From an uncultured Melioribacter sp. (GTDB lineage Bacteria > Bacteroidota > Ignavibacteria > Ignavibacteriales > Melioribacteraceae): a DNA stretch of 52,919 nucleotides. The stretch spans positions 1 to 52,919 of the forward strand of contig CAZVBT010000007.1 in NCBI GenBank assembly GCA_964625385.1, written 5' to 3'. A model generated the notes under the pieces. That model made no database searches. It was not told where the DNA came from and worked only from the letters and a program-made list of their open reading frames with translations. A program made the position numbers and the translations under genes. Of the stretch, positions 19,561-30,962 are shown piece after piece. Numbering within the stretch: the first letter of the stretch is position 1; every line of letters begins with the position of its first letter.

Positions 19561-21093
19561 TCATTCTTCTTCAACATGGATAACAGCATTTTGATTTTTC
19601 TTTAACGGTGGTCTTTCAAACATAATTGTCATTTCTTTATATCTATTTGCTAAATCATTTGGAATTTGATCCCATGTAAACCTCCAAGTCCAATTACCAC
19701 CAAGTTTACCAGGGAAATTCATACGTGCTTCGTTTCCAAGATTCAAAATATCTTGCATTGGAATAACACAAATATTAGCTGTAGATGCATAAGCTGCTCT
19801 AATCAGTTCAAAAGTCATATCATCGCCATAATAATTAAAATATTTTTGGGCCCATTCATAAATACCAGAATTCTTTTTTCTTTCTGATTCCAAAAATCCT
19901 TTTGTTGTTTCGTTATCATGTGAACCAGTATGAACAACACAATTCTTAATATGATTATGTGGAAGAAATTTTTTATCTCCATCAACACCTAAACCAAATT
20001 GCAAAATTTTTATTCCAGGGAAACCAAAATGATCTCTTAATTCTTCGACAGAATCTGTAATTACTCCTAAGTCTTCAGCAATAATTGGTAAATCACCTAA
20101 ATCATTTTGGATTGCATTAAATAACTTATAACCAGGTGCTTTTACCCAACGACCATTAATAGCATTTTGGGCATTGCCAGGAATTTCCCAATAAGCATCA
20201 AAGCCTCTGAAATGATCAATACGAACAATATCAACTAATTTAAGTAAAGTAGAAATTCTTTTTCTCCACCACAAAAAATTATCTTTTTCCATTTCTTTCC
20301 AACGGTACAAGGGATTACCCCATAATTGACCTGTTTTACTAAAATAATCTGGTGGAACACCAGCAACAGTTTCAAGTGAACCATCTTCACTAACAGAAAA
20401 TAAATTTTTATTAGCCCAAAGATCTGCACTATCATAAGCAATAAAAATTGGGAGGTCACCAATAATTTTAATTCCTTTTTTATGGACATAATCTTTTAAA
20501 TTATTCCATTGTTTATGAAAAAAGTATTGCAAAAATTTTTGATAATTAATTTCATCAAGCAATTTTTCTTTCCATGAATTTAACTCTACTCTAAATGCAA
20601 TTGATTTTTCCCATTGCGTCCACAAAATACCATGATGATAATTTTTAGCTGCCATAAACAAACTAAAATCATCTAACCAAAAATTATTTTCTTCGCAAAA
20701 ATCTTTGCATACATCTTCAATTTTATTTTGAGCTTTGAAATTAAAATATGCTTTTCGAAGTAAATCATTTTTGTAATCAATTAATTTTCCATAATCAATT
20801 TTATGAGGATTAAACTTTGGTTGTTTTTCAATATCATGATGACTCAATAATCCATCATTTAATAATAGCTCTGGACTAATTAATAACGGATTACCTGCAA
20901 AAGCAGAAAAACATTGATAAGGTGAATCACCATATCCTGTTGGGCCTAATGGAAAAGTTTGCCATAAAGTTTGACCTGCAGATTCAAGAAAATCTGCAAA
21001 ATGGTATGCTGAAGGTCCTAAATCTCCAATACCAAACTTTCCGGGTAAAGATGTAGGATGAAGTAAAATTCCAGCTGATCTTTGAATATTCAT
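19561..21093 (-). CDS. malQ: 4-alpha-glucanotransferase (amylomaltase, GH77)
   Basis: GILLHPTSLP, SPYQCFSAFAGNP, GVPPDYFSKTGQLWGNP, RIDHFRGF, IAEDLG, HDN. Confidence 0.96.
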   Translation of the reverse strand: MNIQRSAGILLHPTSLPGKFGIGDLGPSAYHFADFLESAGQTLWQTFPLGPTGYGDSPYQCFSAFAGNPLLISPELLLNDGLLSHHDIEKQPKFNPHKIDYGKLIDYKNDLLRKAYFNFKAQNKIEDVCKDFCEENNFWLDDFSLFMAAKNYHHGILWTQWEKSIAFRVELNSWKEKLLDEINYQKFLQYFFHKQWNNLKDYVHKKGIKIIGDLPIFIAYDSADLWANKNLFSVSEDGSLETVAGVPPDYFSKTGQLWGNPLYRWKEMEKDNFLWWRKRISTLLKLVDIVRIDHFRGFDAYWEIPGNAQNAINGRWVKAPGYKLFNAIQNDLGDLPIIAEDLGVITDSVEELRDHFGFPGIKILQFGLGVDGDKKFLPHNHIKNCVVHTGSHDNETTKGFLESERKKNSGIYEWAQKYFNYYGDDMTFELIRAAYASTANICVIPMQDILNLGNEARMNFPGKLGGNWTWRFTWDQIPNDLANRYKEMTIMFERPPLKKNQNAVIHVEEE

Positions 21094-21356
21094 ATTTTCC
21101 TCATTAATGTGATTTTAATTCCACTTAAAAAAATAAAACAAAAAAACAATATTTTCTTAAAAAAATATTTCTTTATATTCATTTCCAAATTTTGGATAAA
21201 ACAATTAGATAATTTTTACGTAAAGCATTCATACAATTGTTTAAGAAAAAATTTTTATTTAAGTTACTTTCGACCTCACAAAGAGTTTGTTCATAAAAAC
21301 TCTAAATAAAATTTAGTTAACATAAATTTTGAATATTAATCTAAAAGGAAGTTTCA

Positions 21357-24300
21357 ATGAAGATCCATCGTCTCTTTACAATCGAGGGGCAAGACCCACT
21401 TCAATCGATAGAATTTGTGAAAAGAACTTCAGAAATAAAAAATCCAGATGGTTCAAAAGTCTTTTACATGGAAGATGTGCTTGTTCCGAAAGATTGGTCA
21501 CAAGTTGCAACAGACATTATAGCACAAAAATATTTTCGAAAAGCGGGCGTTCCGAAACTATTAGTCAAAATACCAGAAGAAGGTGTTCCTGTTTGGTTAC
21601 AAAGAAGTAAACCTGATCCAAAACTTGAAGAACTTCCTGAAAAAGATAGATTTAATGGTGAAACAGATGCTCGTCAAGTTTTTCATCGTTTAGCAGGAAC
21701 TTGGACATATTGGGGTTGGAAGGCTGGTTACTTCGATACCGAAGAAGATGCAAAAGCTTTTTACGATGAACAAATGTTCATGCTTGCAAATCAAATGTGT
21801 GCGCCTAATTCACCACAATGGTTTAATACAGGTTTAAATTGGGCGTATGGAATTAATGGACCTGCACAAGGACACTATTATGTTGATTATCAAACTGGTA
21901 TTTTAACAAAAGCTGAAGATGCTTATACACATCCCCAACCACATGCTTGTTTTATTCAATCTGTTAAAGATGATCTTGTTAATGAAGGTGGTATAATGGA
22001 TCTATGGGTTCGTGAAGCAAGATTGTTTAAATATGGTTCAGGAACTGGAAGTAATTTTTCAGATTTGCGAGGAATTAATGAACCTTTGAGTGGTGGTGGT
22101 AAATCTTCAGGATTGATGTCCTTCTTAAGAATCGGAGATCGCTCTGCCGGTGCAATTAAATCTGGTGGAACAACACGTCGCGCAGCAAAAATGGTTACTT
22201 TAGATATTGATCATCCTGACATTGAAGAATATATTAATTGGAAAGTTATAGAAGAACAAAAGGTTGCCGCTCTTGTTTCAGGTTCAAAACTTTTGAACTT
22301 CCACTTAAACAATATAATGAAAGCTTGTTACTCTGAACATCCTGAAAATGATAGATTCAACAAAAGAACTAATCAATATTTAAGAAAAGCAATCTTAGAA
22401 GCACGTCAGGTGCACATTCCCGAAAATTATATTGACAGAGTCATTCAACTTGCAAAACTTGGATTTAAATCCATTGAAGTACCAGTTTACAATGAAGACT
22501 GGAATAGCGAAGCTTACGCCACAGTTTCCGGACAAAATTCAAATAACTCTGTTCGTGTTACAAATGATTTTATGAATGCTGTAATTAAAGATGCTGATTG
22601 GAATTTATATTGGAGAACTGAACTAAAGAAAGCAGAAAAAGATGGAAGAAAACCAAAGCCATCAAAAACATTAAAAGCAAGAGAACTTTGGGATGAAATT
22701 GCTTTTGCTGCCTGGTCAAGTGCTGACCCCGGTTTACAATTTGACACAACAATTAATGAATGGCATACATGTTCAAATAGTGGAAGAATAAGAGCATCTA
22801 ATCCTTGCAGCGAATATATGTTTTTAGATGACACAGCTTGTAATTTAGCTTCTTTGAATCTTGTAAAATTTTATAACGATGAAACACAAAAATTTGATAT
22901 CGAAGCTTACAGACACGCAACAAGACTTTGGACAATAGTTCTTGAAATTAGTGTTTTGATGGCTCAATATCCTTCAAAAGAAATTGCTCAGCGAAGTTAT
23001 GAATATAGAACTCTTGGATTAGGCTATGCAAATCTTGGTTCTTTGTTAATGAGACAGGGAATTCCTTACGATAGTAAAAAAGCATACGCTATTGCAGGAG
23101 CTTTAACTGCAATAATGCATATGAAATCTTATACTACTTCTGCTGAAATGGCTAAAGAATTTGGTCCTTTCCCAAGATATGAAGAAAATAAAAATTCAAT
23201 GTTACGTGTAATCAGAAATCATCGTAGAGCAGCTTATAATGTTCCTAAAGAAGAATATGAAGGTTTAAGCATATATCCAATAGGTATTAATGCAGAATAT
23301 TGTCCGTCTGATTTATTAAAAGCTGCAAGAGAAGATTCAGACAATGCTTTGCAACTTGGAGAAAAGTATGGTTTTCGGAATGCCCAGGTTACTGTAATAG
23401 CACCTACGGGAACAATCGGGTTAGTTATGGATTGTGATACAACAGGTATAGAACCAGATTTTGCATTAGTAAAGTTTAAGAAACTTGCTGGTGGTGGTTA
23501 CTTTAAAATTATTAATCAATCTATTCCGCCAGCATTAAAAAATTTAGGCTATAATGATGAACAGATTAAAGAAATAGTAAAATATGCGAAAGGTGCCGGT
23601 TCTCTAGTTGGTTGTCCACATATTAATCATGAATCATTAAAATCAAAAGGTTTCACTGAAGAAGCATTAAATAAATTAGAATCTGTACTTCCATCAGTAT
23701 TTGATATAACATTTGCATTCAATAAATATACATTAGGTGAAAAGTTTTTAATTGAAAATCTTGGTTTTACAGAAGAACAAATAAATGATTTTAACTTTGA
23801 TTTATTAACTGCACTTGGATTTACACGCGATGAAATTGCTTCAGCTAATGATTATGTTAGTGGAACAATGACAATAGAAGGTGCTCCTTTCTTAAAGCAT
23901 GAAGATTATCCTGTTTTTGATTGTGCAAACAAATGTGGTAGAAAAGGTACACGATACATTCGCCCAGAAGCACATATAAATATGATGGCTGCAGCACAAC
24001 CTTTTATTTCCGGTGCTATTTCTAAAACTATTAATTTACCCAACCATGCAACTATTAATGATGTTAAAGATGCATACATGCTATCATGGAAACTAGGAAC
24101 TAAAGCGAATGCTCTTTACCGTGATGGCTCAAAACTTTCTCAACCACTTAATACAATTTCTGAAGATGAAGTTGAAGATTTAATTGAAAAGAAAGAACAA
24201 AATGATATCGTTAAAATTGCTGAAAAAATTATTCATCGTTACATTGCAAAGAGAAGAAAACTACCGGATCGCAGAACAGGCTACACACAAAAAGTAAAAA

Positions 24301-24905
24301 TCAATGGACAAAGTGTTTATCTAAGAACAGGTGAATATGAAAATGGTCAACTTGGAGAAATTTTTATTGACATGCATAAAGAGGGTGCTGCATTCAGAAG
24401 TTTACTTAACTGTTTTGCAATTTCTATTTCTCTTGGATTGCAACATGGAGTTCCACTCGAAGAATTTGTTGATGCTTTTGTATTTACTCGTTTTGAACCT
24501 AGCGGTGTTGTGAGTGGTCATAAAAGAATTAAAATGTCAACTTCTGTTATAGATTATATTTTTAGAGAATTGGCTGTTACATATCTTAGTAGAAATGACC
24601 TCGCTCATGTAGATGAAGATGAAAAACCGGGTTATTTAAACGTTGAACCAGATTATATCAGCGAAGAAATTGTTAGTGAAAAAGCTTTTGAACCGGAAGA
24701 TTCTTTTCAACAAGTGGAAAAAATAAAATTAGATGTTCAATTAGAATCTGTTAATAATGTGCTTTCTCATCATCAAAAAGTATTGAAAGCACGTGAAGCC
24801 GGCTACACAGGTGATATTTGTCCCGAATGTCAAAGCATGACAATGGTTAGAAACGGAACTTGCTTAAAGTGTAATACTTGTGGTGCAACAACCGGTTGTA
24901 GTTGA
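21357..24905 (+). CDS. nrdJ: Adenosylcobalamin-dependent (class II) ribonucleotide reductase
   Basis: [56 protein letters not shown]; C-terminal TSCPD-like region and CPEC...CNTC zinc ribbon. Confidence 0.95.
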   Translation: MKIHRLFTIEGQDPLQSIEFVKRTSEIKNPDGSKVFYMEDVLVPKDWSQVATDIIAQKYFRKAGVPKLLVKIPEEGVPVWLQRSKPDPKLEELPEKDRFNGETDARQVFHRLAGTWTYWGWKAGYFDTEEDAKAFYDEQMFMLANQMCAPNSPQWFNTGLNWAYGINGPAQGHYYVDYQTGILTKAEDAYTHPQPHACFIQSVKDDLVNEGGIMDLWVREARLFKYGSGTGSNFSDLRGINEPLSGGGKSSGLMSFLRIGDRSAGAIKSGGTTRRAAKMVTLDIDHPDIEEYINWKVIEEQKVAALVSGSKLLNFHLNNIMKACYSEHPENDRFNKRTNQYLRKAILEARQVHIPENYIDRVIQLAKLGFKSIEVPVYNEDWNSEAYATVSGQNSNNSVRVTNDFMNAVIKDADWNLYWRTELKKAEKDGRKPKPSKTLKARELWDEIAFAAWSSADPGLQFDTTINEWHTCSNSGRIRASNPCSEYMFLDDTACNLASLNLVKFYNDETQKFDIEAYRHATRLWTIVLEISVLMAQYPSKEIAQRSYEYRTLGLGYANLGSLLMRQGIPYDSKKAYAIAGALTAIMHMKSYTTSAEMAKEFGPFPRYEENKNSMLRVIRNHRRAAYNVPKEEYEGLSIYPIGINAEYCPSDLLKAAREDSDNALQLGEKYGFRNAQVTVIAPTGTIGLVMDCDTTGIEPDFALVKFKKLAGGGYFKIINQSIPPALKNLGYNDEQIKEIVKYAKGAGSLVGCPHINHESLKSKGFTEEALNKLESVLPSVFDITFAFNKYTLGEKFLIENLGFTEEQINDFNFDLLTALGFTRDEIASANDYVSGTMTIEGAPFLKHEDYPVFDCANKCGRKGTRYIRPEAHINMMAAAQPFISGAISKTINLPNHATINDVKDAYMLSWKLGTKANALYRDGSKLSQPLNTISEDEVEDLIEKKEQNDIVKIAEKIIHRYIAKRRKLPDRRTGYTQKVKINGQSVYLRTGEYENGQLGEIFIDMHKEGAAFRSLLNCFAISISLGLQHGVPLEEFVDAFVFTRFEPSGVVSGHKRIKMSTSVIDYIFRELAVTYLSRNDLAHVDEDEKPGYLNVEPDYISEEIVSEKAFEPEDSFQQVEKIKLDVQLESVNNVLSHHQKVLKAREAGYTGDICPECQSMTMVRNGTCLKCNTCGATTGCS

Positions 24906-24923
24906 TTTATTTCTTTCTTCTTT

Positions 24924-24974
24924 AAAAGGGTTGATTCATTAAATGTATTTACATTAATGCTTCAACCTTTTTTT
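24924..24974 (+). terminator. Intrinsic terminator after nrdJ
   Basis: AAAAGGGTTGA...CATTAA.ATGTA-TT-TACAT.TAATG...TCAACCTTTT long imperfect hairpin followed by T run. Confidence 0.7.
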
Positions 24975-25000
24975 ATATAAAAAATTAAAACTATTTTTAA

Positions 25001-25029
25001 TTGACTTTTATAACTCAATCAAATAGATT
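25001..25029 (+). promoter_or_regulatory. Putative sigma70-type promoter of the yggS-ileS operon
   Basis: TTGACT, 17-nt spacer, TAGATT, 20 nt before the yggS ATG and just after the nrdJ terminator. Confidence 0.5.
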
Positions 25030-25049
25030 TTCACCCTCATTTTTGAATT

Positions 25050-25733
25050 ATGTTAGAAAAAAATATAAAAATAGTATTGGATAAGGTTTTTAATACTTGT
25101 TCTAAATGTGGCAGAAATTATTCTGATATAAAAATTATTGCTGTTAGTAAAACTCAACCAAGTGATTTAATTATCGAAGCAGTTAAACTTGGTATTACTA
25201 ATTTTGGTGAAAACAAAGCTCAGGAGCTGAAAAACAAAGCTGAAAAAATTAATATTGATGTTATTTGGCATTTTATTGGTCATCTTCAAACAAATAAAGT
25301 AAAATATATTATTAATCATGCAGAATTTATTCATTCTGTTGATTCAATAAAATTAGCTGATGAAATTAATTTCAGAGCAGAAAGAATTAATAAAAAACAA
25401 AAAATTATGTTAGAAATAAAAACATCTGACGAAGAAAGTAAATTTGGATTACAAACGGAAGATGAAGTTTTCAGGTTACTTGAATTTTGTAAAGAGAAAA
25501 AAAATATTGAAGTTGTTGGTTTAATGACAATGGCACCATTTACAGAAAATGAAAAATCAATTCGTAAAAGTTTTTCATCTTTAAGATTGTTAAAAGAGAA
25601 ATTAAATATTTCTGGTTACAACCTGAGTGAATTATCTATGGGAATGACAAACGATTTTGAGATCGCAATTGAAGAAGGCGCAACAATGCTTAGAATCGGA
25701 ACAGCAATTTTTGGTGCGAGAAATTACAATTAA
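25050..25733 (+). CDS. yggS: PLP homeostasis protein YggS/PROSC family
   Basis: [46 protein letters not shown]. Confidence 0.95.
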   Translation: MLEKNIKIVLDKVFNTCSKCGRNYSDIKIIAVSKTQPSDLIIEAVKLGITNFGENKAQELKNKAEKINIDVIWHFIGHLQTNKVKYIINHAEFIHSVDSIKLADEINFRAERINKKQKIMLEIKTSDEESKFGLQTEDEVFRLLEFCKEKKNIEVVGLMTMAPFTENEKSIRKSFSSLRLLKEKLNISGYNLSELSMGMTNDFEIAIEEGATMLRIGTAIFGARNYN

Positions 25734-25744
25734 AAAGGTGTTTT

Positions 25745-26293
25745 ATGAAATTCACACCGTTTGCAATAAAAAGTCAAGAGTTTAATAGAACTGTTCGTGG
25801 TTATGATAGAGACGAAGTGAAAGCATTTCTTGAAAAACTTTCTGATGAGTTTGAAAAACTTCAATTGGAGAATGATAAATTAAAAACTGAACTTGAACGG
25901 AGTGAAGAACAACTTAAAGAATTCAAACGTATTGAAAAGAATTTACAAACAGCTTTGCTTAGTGCAACAGAAAATTCATCAAAAGCTGTTGAATCAACAA
26001 AAAAACAAACAGCATTAATATTAAAAGAAGCTGAATTAAAAGCAGCTCAAATGATTGAAAACGCCAAAGAAAGTGCTAATAAAATTCGTGATTCTGTTCT
26101 AAAATTAAGAGAAGAAAAAAAATTACTTTTAGCAAGAATTAAAGCTTTGATCGATACACAAGCAGCAGCATTAGAATTAGATGTTCAAACAATTGATACA
26201 ACAATAAAGAAAAAAGAAATTGAAAATCAGGAAGAAGATAAAAACGAAGCACCAGAAATAAACATTGATAACATTTTAGAAAAATTATTATGA
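25745..26293 (+). CDS. DivIVA domain coiled-coil protein
   Basis: N-terminal TPFAIKSQEFNRTVRGYDRDEVKAFL DivIVA motif followed by a long coiled coil. Confidence 0.9.
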   Translation: MKFTPFAIKSQEFNRTVRGYDRDEVKAFLEKLSDEFEKLQLENDKLKTELERSEEQLKEFKRIEKNLQTALLSATENSSKAVESTKKQTALILKEAELKAAQMIENAKESANKIRDSVLKLREEKKLLLARIKALIDTQAAALELDVQTIDTTIKKKEIENQEEDKNEAPEINIDNILEKLL

Positions 26294-27111
26294 GTGAATT
26301 AATCTATAAAATAAATGAAACATTAGATGTAATAAAAAAATACACTGCCGATGAATTTGAAATCGGGATAATTTTAGGAACAGGTTTAGGTGGTTTAGTT
26401 TCCGAAATAAAAATTGAACATGAAATTGATTATTCATCTTTACCTCATTTTCCACTTTCAACCGTTGAATCGCATAAAGGCAAATTAATTCTTGGCAGTA
26501 TCAACGGTAAAAAAGTTGTTGCAATGCAAGGCCGGTTTCATTACTACGAGGGTTATACAATGCAGCAAATAACTTATCCGGTCAGAGTAATGAAATTTTT
26601 AGGAGTTAAAACATTATTAATTTCAAATGCTTGCGGCGGAATGAATCCACAATTCAAACGTGGCGATATAATGATTATTACTGACCATATAAATTTACTC
26701 GGTGATAATCCATTAATCGGAAAGAATGAAGATGAACTTGGACCACGCTTTCCAGATATGAGCGAACCTTATGATTATCAATTAATTGAGCTTGCTGAAC
26801 AAGTTGCAATTGAAAATAAAATAAAAGTTCAGAAAGGTGTTTATGTTGCTGTTCCCGGACCAAATTTAGAAACGCGTGCTGAATATAGATTTTTAAGAAA
26901 CATTGGTGCTGATGTTGTTGGAATGTCAACAGTGCCGGAAAATATAGTTGCTAATCATATGGGTTTAAAAGTTTTAGGATTTAGTATCGTTACAGATGAA
27001 TGTTTTCCTGACTCATTAAAACCTGTTGATGTAAAGGAAATAATTGAAACGGCAATGAAGGCCGAACCCAAAATGACTTTAATAATGAAAGAAGTGATAA
27101 AAAAACTTTGA
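26290..27111 (+). CDS. punA: Purine-nucleoside phosphorylase (trimeric PunA/XapA type)
   Basis: ILGTGLG, STVESH, GRFHYYEG, NACGG, GPNLETRAE, VGMSTVPE. Confidence 0.92.
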   Translation: MSELIYKINETLDVIKKYTADEFEIGIILGTGLGGLVSEIKIEHEIDYSSLPHFPLSTVESHKGKLILGSINGKKVVAMQGRFHYYEGYTMQQITYPVRVMKFLGVKTLLISNACGGMNPQFKRGDIMIITDHINLLGDNPLIGKNEDELGPRFPDMSEPYDYQLIELAEQVAIENKIKVQKGVYVAVPGPNLETRAEYRFLRNIGADVVGMSTVPENIVANHMGLKVLGFSIVTDECFPDSLKPVDVKEIIETAMKAEPKMTLIMKEVIKKL

Positions 27112-27725
27112 AAGAGATAAAAAAAATATATTATGCAAATCCGGCTTTATTAGCTGTTTTATTAGTTGCATCTGATTTTTTAAACACAGATTTATTTAAA
27201 GCTGGTTTCCAAAATTTTTCAGTTTGGTTTGTTTTATCAGTTTTAAGTTTTGCTATTGGTTGGTTAACAAACAAAACACTTGGTTATAATTACGGAGGGA
27301 AAATAATATTTGCTGTTATAGTAGCTTCCTCTGTATTCAGTATAGTTTTAATAACTTTATTCAGAGAATATTTTGAACTAAATGATTTGCTGGTAGAAAG
27401 TTTAATCCTTTTTATTCTAAGAAACATAACTTTAGGCTCAATGTCTTTATTTGGAATGGTTGTTTGTGAATTATTATTGTTACAAAAAGAACTAGTGAAA
27501 AATTCAAATAAAGAAGATGAGGTTAAAAAAGCATTAATAAATGCACAACGTGAGGCGCAAATTGCAATAGAAGAAGCAAAACTTAAAGCAGACAAAATGC
27601 TTTTTGAAGTTCAAAAAAATTTGAATGAAATGATTGAAAGAAAAAATCAGGTTGAAAGAAGATTAAAAGAATTCATTCAAACAGAAAGAGAATTATTAAA
27701 ACAATATGAAAAAGATGAAGAATAA
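27108..27725 (+). CDS. Hypothetical membrane protein (about 4 TM) with C-terminal coiled coil
   Basis: Hydrophobic N-terminal half, charged heptad C-terminus; overlaps the punA stop. Confidence 0.7.
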   Translation: MKEIKKIYYANPALLAVLLVASDFLNTDLFKAGFQNFSVWFVLSVLSFAIGWLTNKTLGYNYGGKIIFAVIVASSVFSIVLITLFREYFELNDLLVESLILFILRNITLGSMSLFGMVVCELLLLQKELVKNSNKEDEVKKALINAQREAQIAIEEAKLKADKMLFEVQKNLNEMIERKNQVERRLKEFIQTERELLKQYEKDEE

Positions 27726-27749
27726 TTAATAACAATTACAGAGATAAAT

Positions 27750-30700
27750 ATGTTTAAACAATTTGAAGAAAAAATAAGTTATCCAAAGATCGAAGAATCG
27801 ATATTAAAATTTTGGAAAGAAAATAAAATTTTTGAAAAAAGTATTTCTTCAAGAGATGAAAAAAAATCTTTTACATTTTATGAAGGTCCGCCAACAGTAA
27901 ATGGTCGCCCCGGAATTCATCACGTAATGGCAAGAACTCTTAAAGATTTAGTTTGCCGTTATAAAACTATGACAGGTTATCAGGTCCATCGAAAAGCTGG
28001 CTGGGATACTCACGGTTTACCAATTGAAATTGCTCTTGAAAAAGAGCTAAACTTTTCTCAAAAAAGTGATATAGAAAAATATGGCGTGGCTGAATTCAAT
28101 AAAAAAGCAAAAGATCTTGTTTATCATCATATTGAAATGAAAGAAGGTTGGCGTACTCTAACTGAAAGAATGGGCTATTGGATTAATCTTGATGAAGCAT
28201 ATATCACTTGTACAAACGAATATATTGAATCTGTTTGGTGGTCATTAAAAGAGCTTTATAAAAAGGGTCTAATTTATAAAGGATTTAAAATTGTTCCTCA
28301 GTGCCCACATTGTGAAACTCCACTTTCATCTCATGAACTTGCTCTCGGTTATGATGAAGTTAACGATCCTAATGTTTATATAAAATTCAAATTGAAAGAT
28401 GAAGATGCAAGTATTTTAGTTTGGACAACCACGCCATGGACATTGATATCAAATGTTGCACTTGCTGTTGGAGAAGATATTGATTATGTAAAAATCAAAA
28501 CTGAAAAACATGGTGCCTTATTTTTAGCAAAAGCAAGGCTTTCAGTTATAAAAGAAGAATATGAAATTATTGAAGAATTAAAAGGTAAAGCACTTTTAGG
28601 AAAAGATTACGAACCATTATTTAATTACATACCTGTTGATAAAAAAGCTTGGTATGTAATTTCTGGTGATTTTGTCAGTACAGAAGATGGTTCTGGCGTT
28701 GTTCACATTGCTCCAGCTTTTGGTGCTGATGACTATGAAGTCTCAAAAAAATATGATTTACCTTTCATACAACCTGTTACAAAAAGTGGAAGATTTACTG
28801 AACAAGTAACAGATTTTGCTGGAAGATTAGTTAAATCAATTCAATTCCAAACTCACGAAGAAAAAGGTGTTGACCCAGATATTTTAAAAAATCTGAAAGA
28901 ACGTGGATTAATTTATCGTGCTGGTAATGATTATACTCACTCCTATCCACATTGTTGGCGTTGCGATAACCCATTAATTTATTATGCAAGAGATAGTTGG
29001 TACATTCGTACCACTGAAATTGCAAACAGAATGATTGAGCTTAATAAAACAATTAATTGGTGCCCGCCTGAAGTTGGTGCTGGTCGTTTTGGAAACTGGC
29101 TTGAAGAAAATAAAGATTGGTCTTTATCTCGCGATAGATATTGGGGAACACCACTTCCTATTTGGCTAAATGAAGATGGTGATATGATAGTTGTTGGTTC
29201 AATTGAAGAATTAAAAGATGGCTTTGTTGAAAGAGATGGAAAGAAAATTTTTGTAAAAGATTTACCAAATAATGAAATTGACCTTCATAAACCTTTTGTT
29301 GACGAAGTTAAATTTGAAAAAGATGGTAAAATCTATACACGCACACCTGAACTTATAGATGTTTGGTATGACAGTGGTTCTATGCCTTTTGCACAGTGGC
29401 ATTATCCATTTGAAAACAAAGAAATTTTTGAATCAAACTTCCCGGCAGATTTTATCTGTGAAGGAATTGATCAAACTCGTGGTTGGTTTTATACTCTACA
29501 TGCAATTGCTACTATGGTTTTTGAAAGTGTTGCATATAAAAATTTAATTGTGAATGAATTGATTCTTGATAAAGATGGATTAAAGATGTCTAAAAGTCGT
29601 GGAAATGTTGTCGATCCATTCTTAATGTTTGATAAATATGGTGTTGATGCAACTCGTTGGTATTTAGTTACAACTTCTCCACCTTGGAAACCAACTTTAT
29701 TTGATGAAGATGGCATCGTTGAAGTACAACGTAAATTTTTTGGAACTCTTGTTAACACTTATAATTTCTTTGCTCTGTATGCCAACATTGATAAATTTAA
29801 TATGAGCGAAGAATTTATTCCTTATTCCGAAAGACCTGAAATTGACAGATGGATTATTTCAAAACTTCATTCTCTTGTTAAAGAATACACTGAATTGATG
29901 GAAAGTTATGATGTAACAAAAGCTGCTCGTCAAGTTTCAAACTTCACAATTGATCAACTTTCAAATTGGTACGTAAGAAGAAGCAGAAGAAGATTTTGGA
30001 AATCTGAAATTAATGCTAACAAACTTTCAGCTTATCAAACTTTGTATGAATGTTTATTGACGGTGACAAAATTAGCTGCACCTTTTGCTCCATTCATTAC
30101 AGAAGAATTATACCAGAATTTGAACAATGTAGCTAATAAAGAAAATTATGATTCAGTTCATTTAGCTTTAATTCCACAAGCTGAATTTATTGATAATGAA
30201 CTTGAAGAAAAGATGGAAATTGCTCAAAGAGTAGTTTATCTAACAAGATCTATTCGTGCAAAAAATAATTTAAAGGTTCGTCAACCGCTTTTAAAAATGA
30301 TGGTGGCAATTGATAATTCTAAAAGAGATGCTCTTCATAAAATGGAAGATGTTATTCTGGAAGAAGTCAATATAAAAGAATTAATTATTCTTGATGATGA
30401 TTCATCAATTGTAAATAAAACAGCAAAACCAAACTTTAAGGTAGTAGGACCAAAATATGGCAAGTTAGTTAAACCATTAACAAACGCAATTAAAAATCTT
30501 GATAGTAATTCAATATCAAAGATTGAAAAAGATGGCGAGCTCGAACTTACAGTTGAAAATCAAAAAGTAAAAATTACAAGAGAAGATATTGAGGTTGTCA
30601 GTCACGAAATTGAAGGGTGGCTGGTTGAAAGTCAAGATGGTGTTACTGTTGCTGTTGATACGGAATTGAATGAGGATCTTGTTGCTGAAGGCTATGCTCG

Positions 30701-30938
30701 TGAATTTGTAAATAGAATTCAAAACATGAGAAAAGATGCTAACTTTGATGTAATTGATAGAATTAAAGTGTCATATTTCGCAGATCAAAAATTATTTGAT
30801 TACTTAAATAAATTTAATGATTATATTTCTAATGAAGTTTTAGCTGATGAAATAAATTTTAATTCTAATTTAGAAGGTTTTGAACAGAATTTTCAAATAG
30901 CTGATTTTAATGGTAAAATTATTATTAAGAAAGTTTAA
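27750..30938 (+). CDS. ileS: Isoleucine--tRNA ligase, type 2
   Basis: EGPPTVNGRPGIHH, GWDTHGLP, WTTTPWTL, DWSLSRDRYWG, EGIDQTRGWF, KMSKS; long C-terminus (EG.AREFVNRIQ) with no zinc finger. Confidence 0.97.
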   Translation: MFKQFEEKISYPKIEESILKFWKENKIFEKSISSRDEKKSFTFYEGPPTVNGRPGIHHVMARTLKDLVCRYKTMTGYQVHRKAGWDTHGLPIEIALEKELNFSQKSDIEKYGVAEFNKKAKDLVYHHIEMKEGWRTLTERMGYWINLDEAYITCTNEYIESVWWSLKELYKKGLIYKGFKIVPQCPHCETPLSSHELALGYDEVNDPNVYIKFKLKDEDASILVWTTTPWTLISNVALAVGEDIDYVKIKTEKHGALFLAKARLSVIKEEYEIIEELKGKALLGKDYEPLFNYIPVDKKAWYVISGDFVSTEDGSGVVHIAPAFGADDYEVSKKYDLPFIQPVTKSGRFTEQVTDFAGRLVKSIQFQTHEEKGVDPDILKNLKERGLIYRAGNDYTHSYPHCWRCDNPLIYYARDSWYIRTTEIANRMIELNKTINWCPPEVGAGRFGNWLEENKDWSLSRDRYWGTPLPIWLNEDGDMIVVGSIEELKDGFVERDGKKIFVKDLPNNEIDLHKPFVDEVKFEKDGKIYTRTPELIDVWYDSGSMPFAQWHYPFENKEIFESNFPADFICEGIDQTRGWFYTLHAIATMVFESVAYKNLIVNELILDKDGLKMSKSRGNVVDPFLMFDKYGVDATRWYLVTTSPPWKPTLFDEDGIVEVQRKFFGTLVNTYNFFALYANIDKFNMSEEFIPYSERPEIDRWIISKLHSLVKEYTELMESYDVTKAARQVSNFTIDQLSNWYVRRSRRRFWKSEINANKLSAYQTLYECLLTVTKLAAPFAPFITEELYQNLNNVANKENYDSVHLALIPQAEFIDNELEEKMEIAQRVVYLTRSIRAKNNLKVRQPLLKMMVAIDNSKRDALHKMEDVILEEVNIKELIILDDDSSIVNKTAKPNFKVVGPKYGKLVKPLTNAIKNLDSNSISKIEKDGELELTVENQKVKITREDIEVVSHEIEGWLVESQDGVTVAVDTELNEDLVAEGYAREFVNRIQNMRKDANFDVIDRIKVSYFADQKLFDYLNKFNDYISNEVLADEINFNSNLEGFEQNFQIADFNGKIIIKKV

Positions 30939-30962
30939 TATTTTATAAAGTTGGAGGATTTA

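Noticed and set aside
21094-21356. NrdR boxes or cobalamin riboswitch upstream of nrdJ (e.g. CACAAAGAGTTTGT, CTAAATAAAATTTAG)
   Set aside because: Poor match and wrong spacing for the NrdR consensus; region too AT-rich and lacking B12-box motifs.
21082-21610. ORFs 21082..21309 and 21329..21610
   Set aside because: TTG-started AT-rich or out-of-frame overlaps of malQ/nrdJ with no motif.
21357-24905. Intein or intron in the long nrdJ
   Set aside because: Catalytic motifs are contiguous; no intein splice-junction or LAGLIDADG motifs noticed.
27726-27749. T-box leader before ileS
   Set aside because: Only a 24-nt gap; no room for the element.
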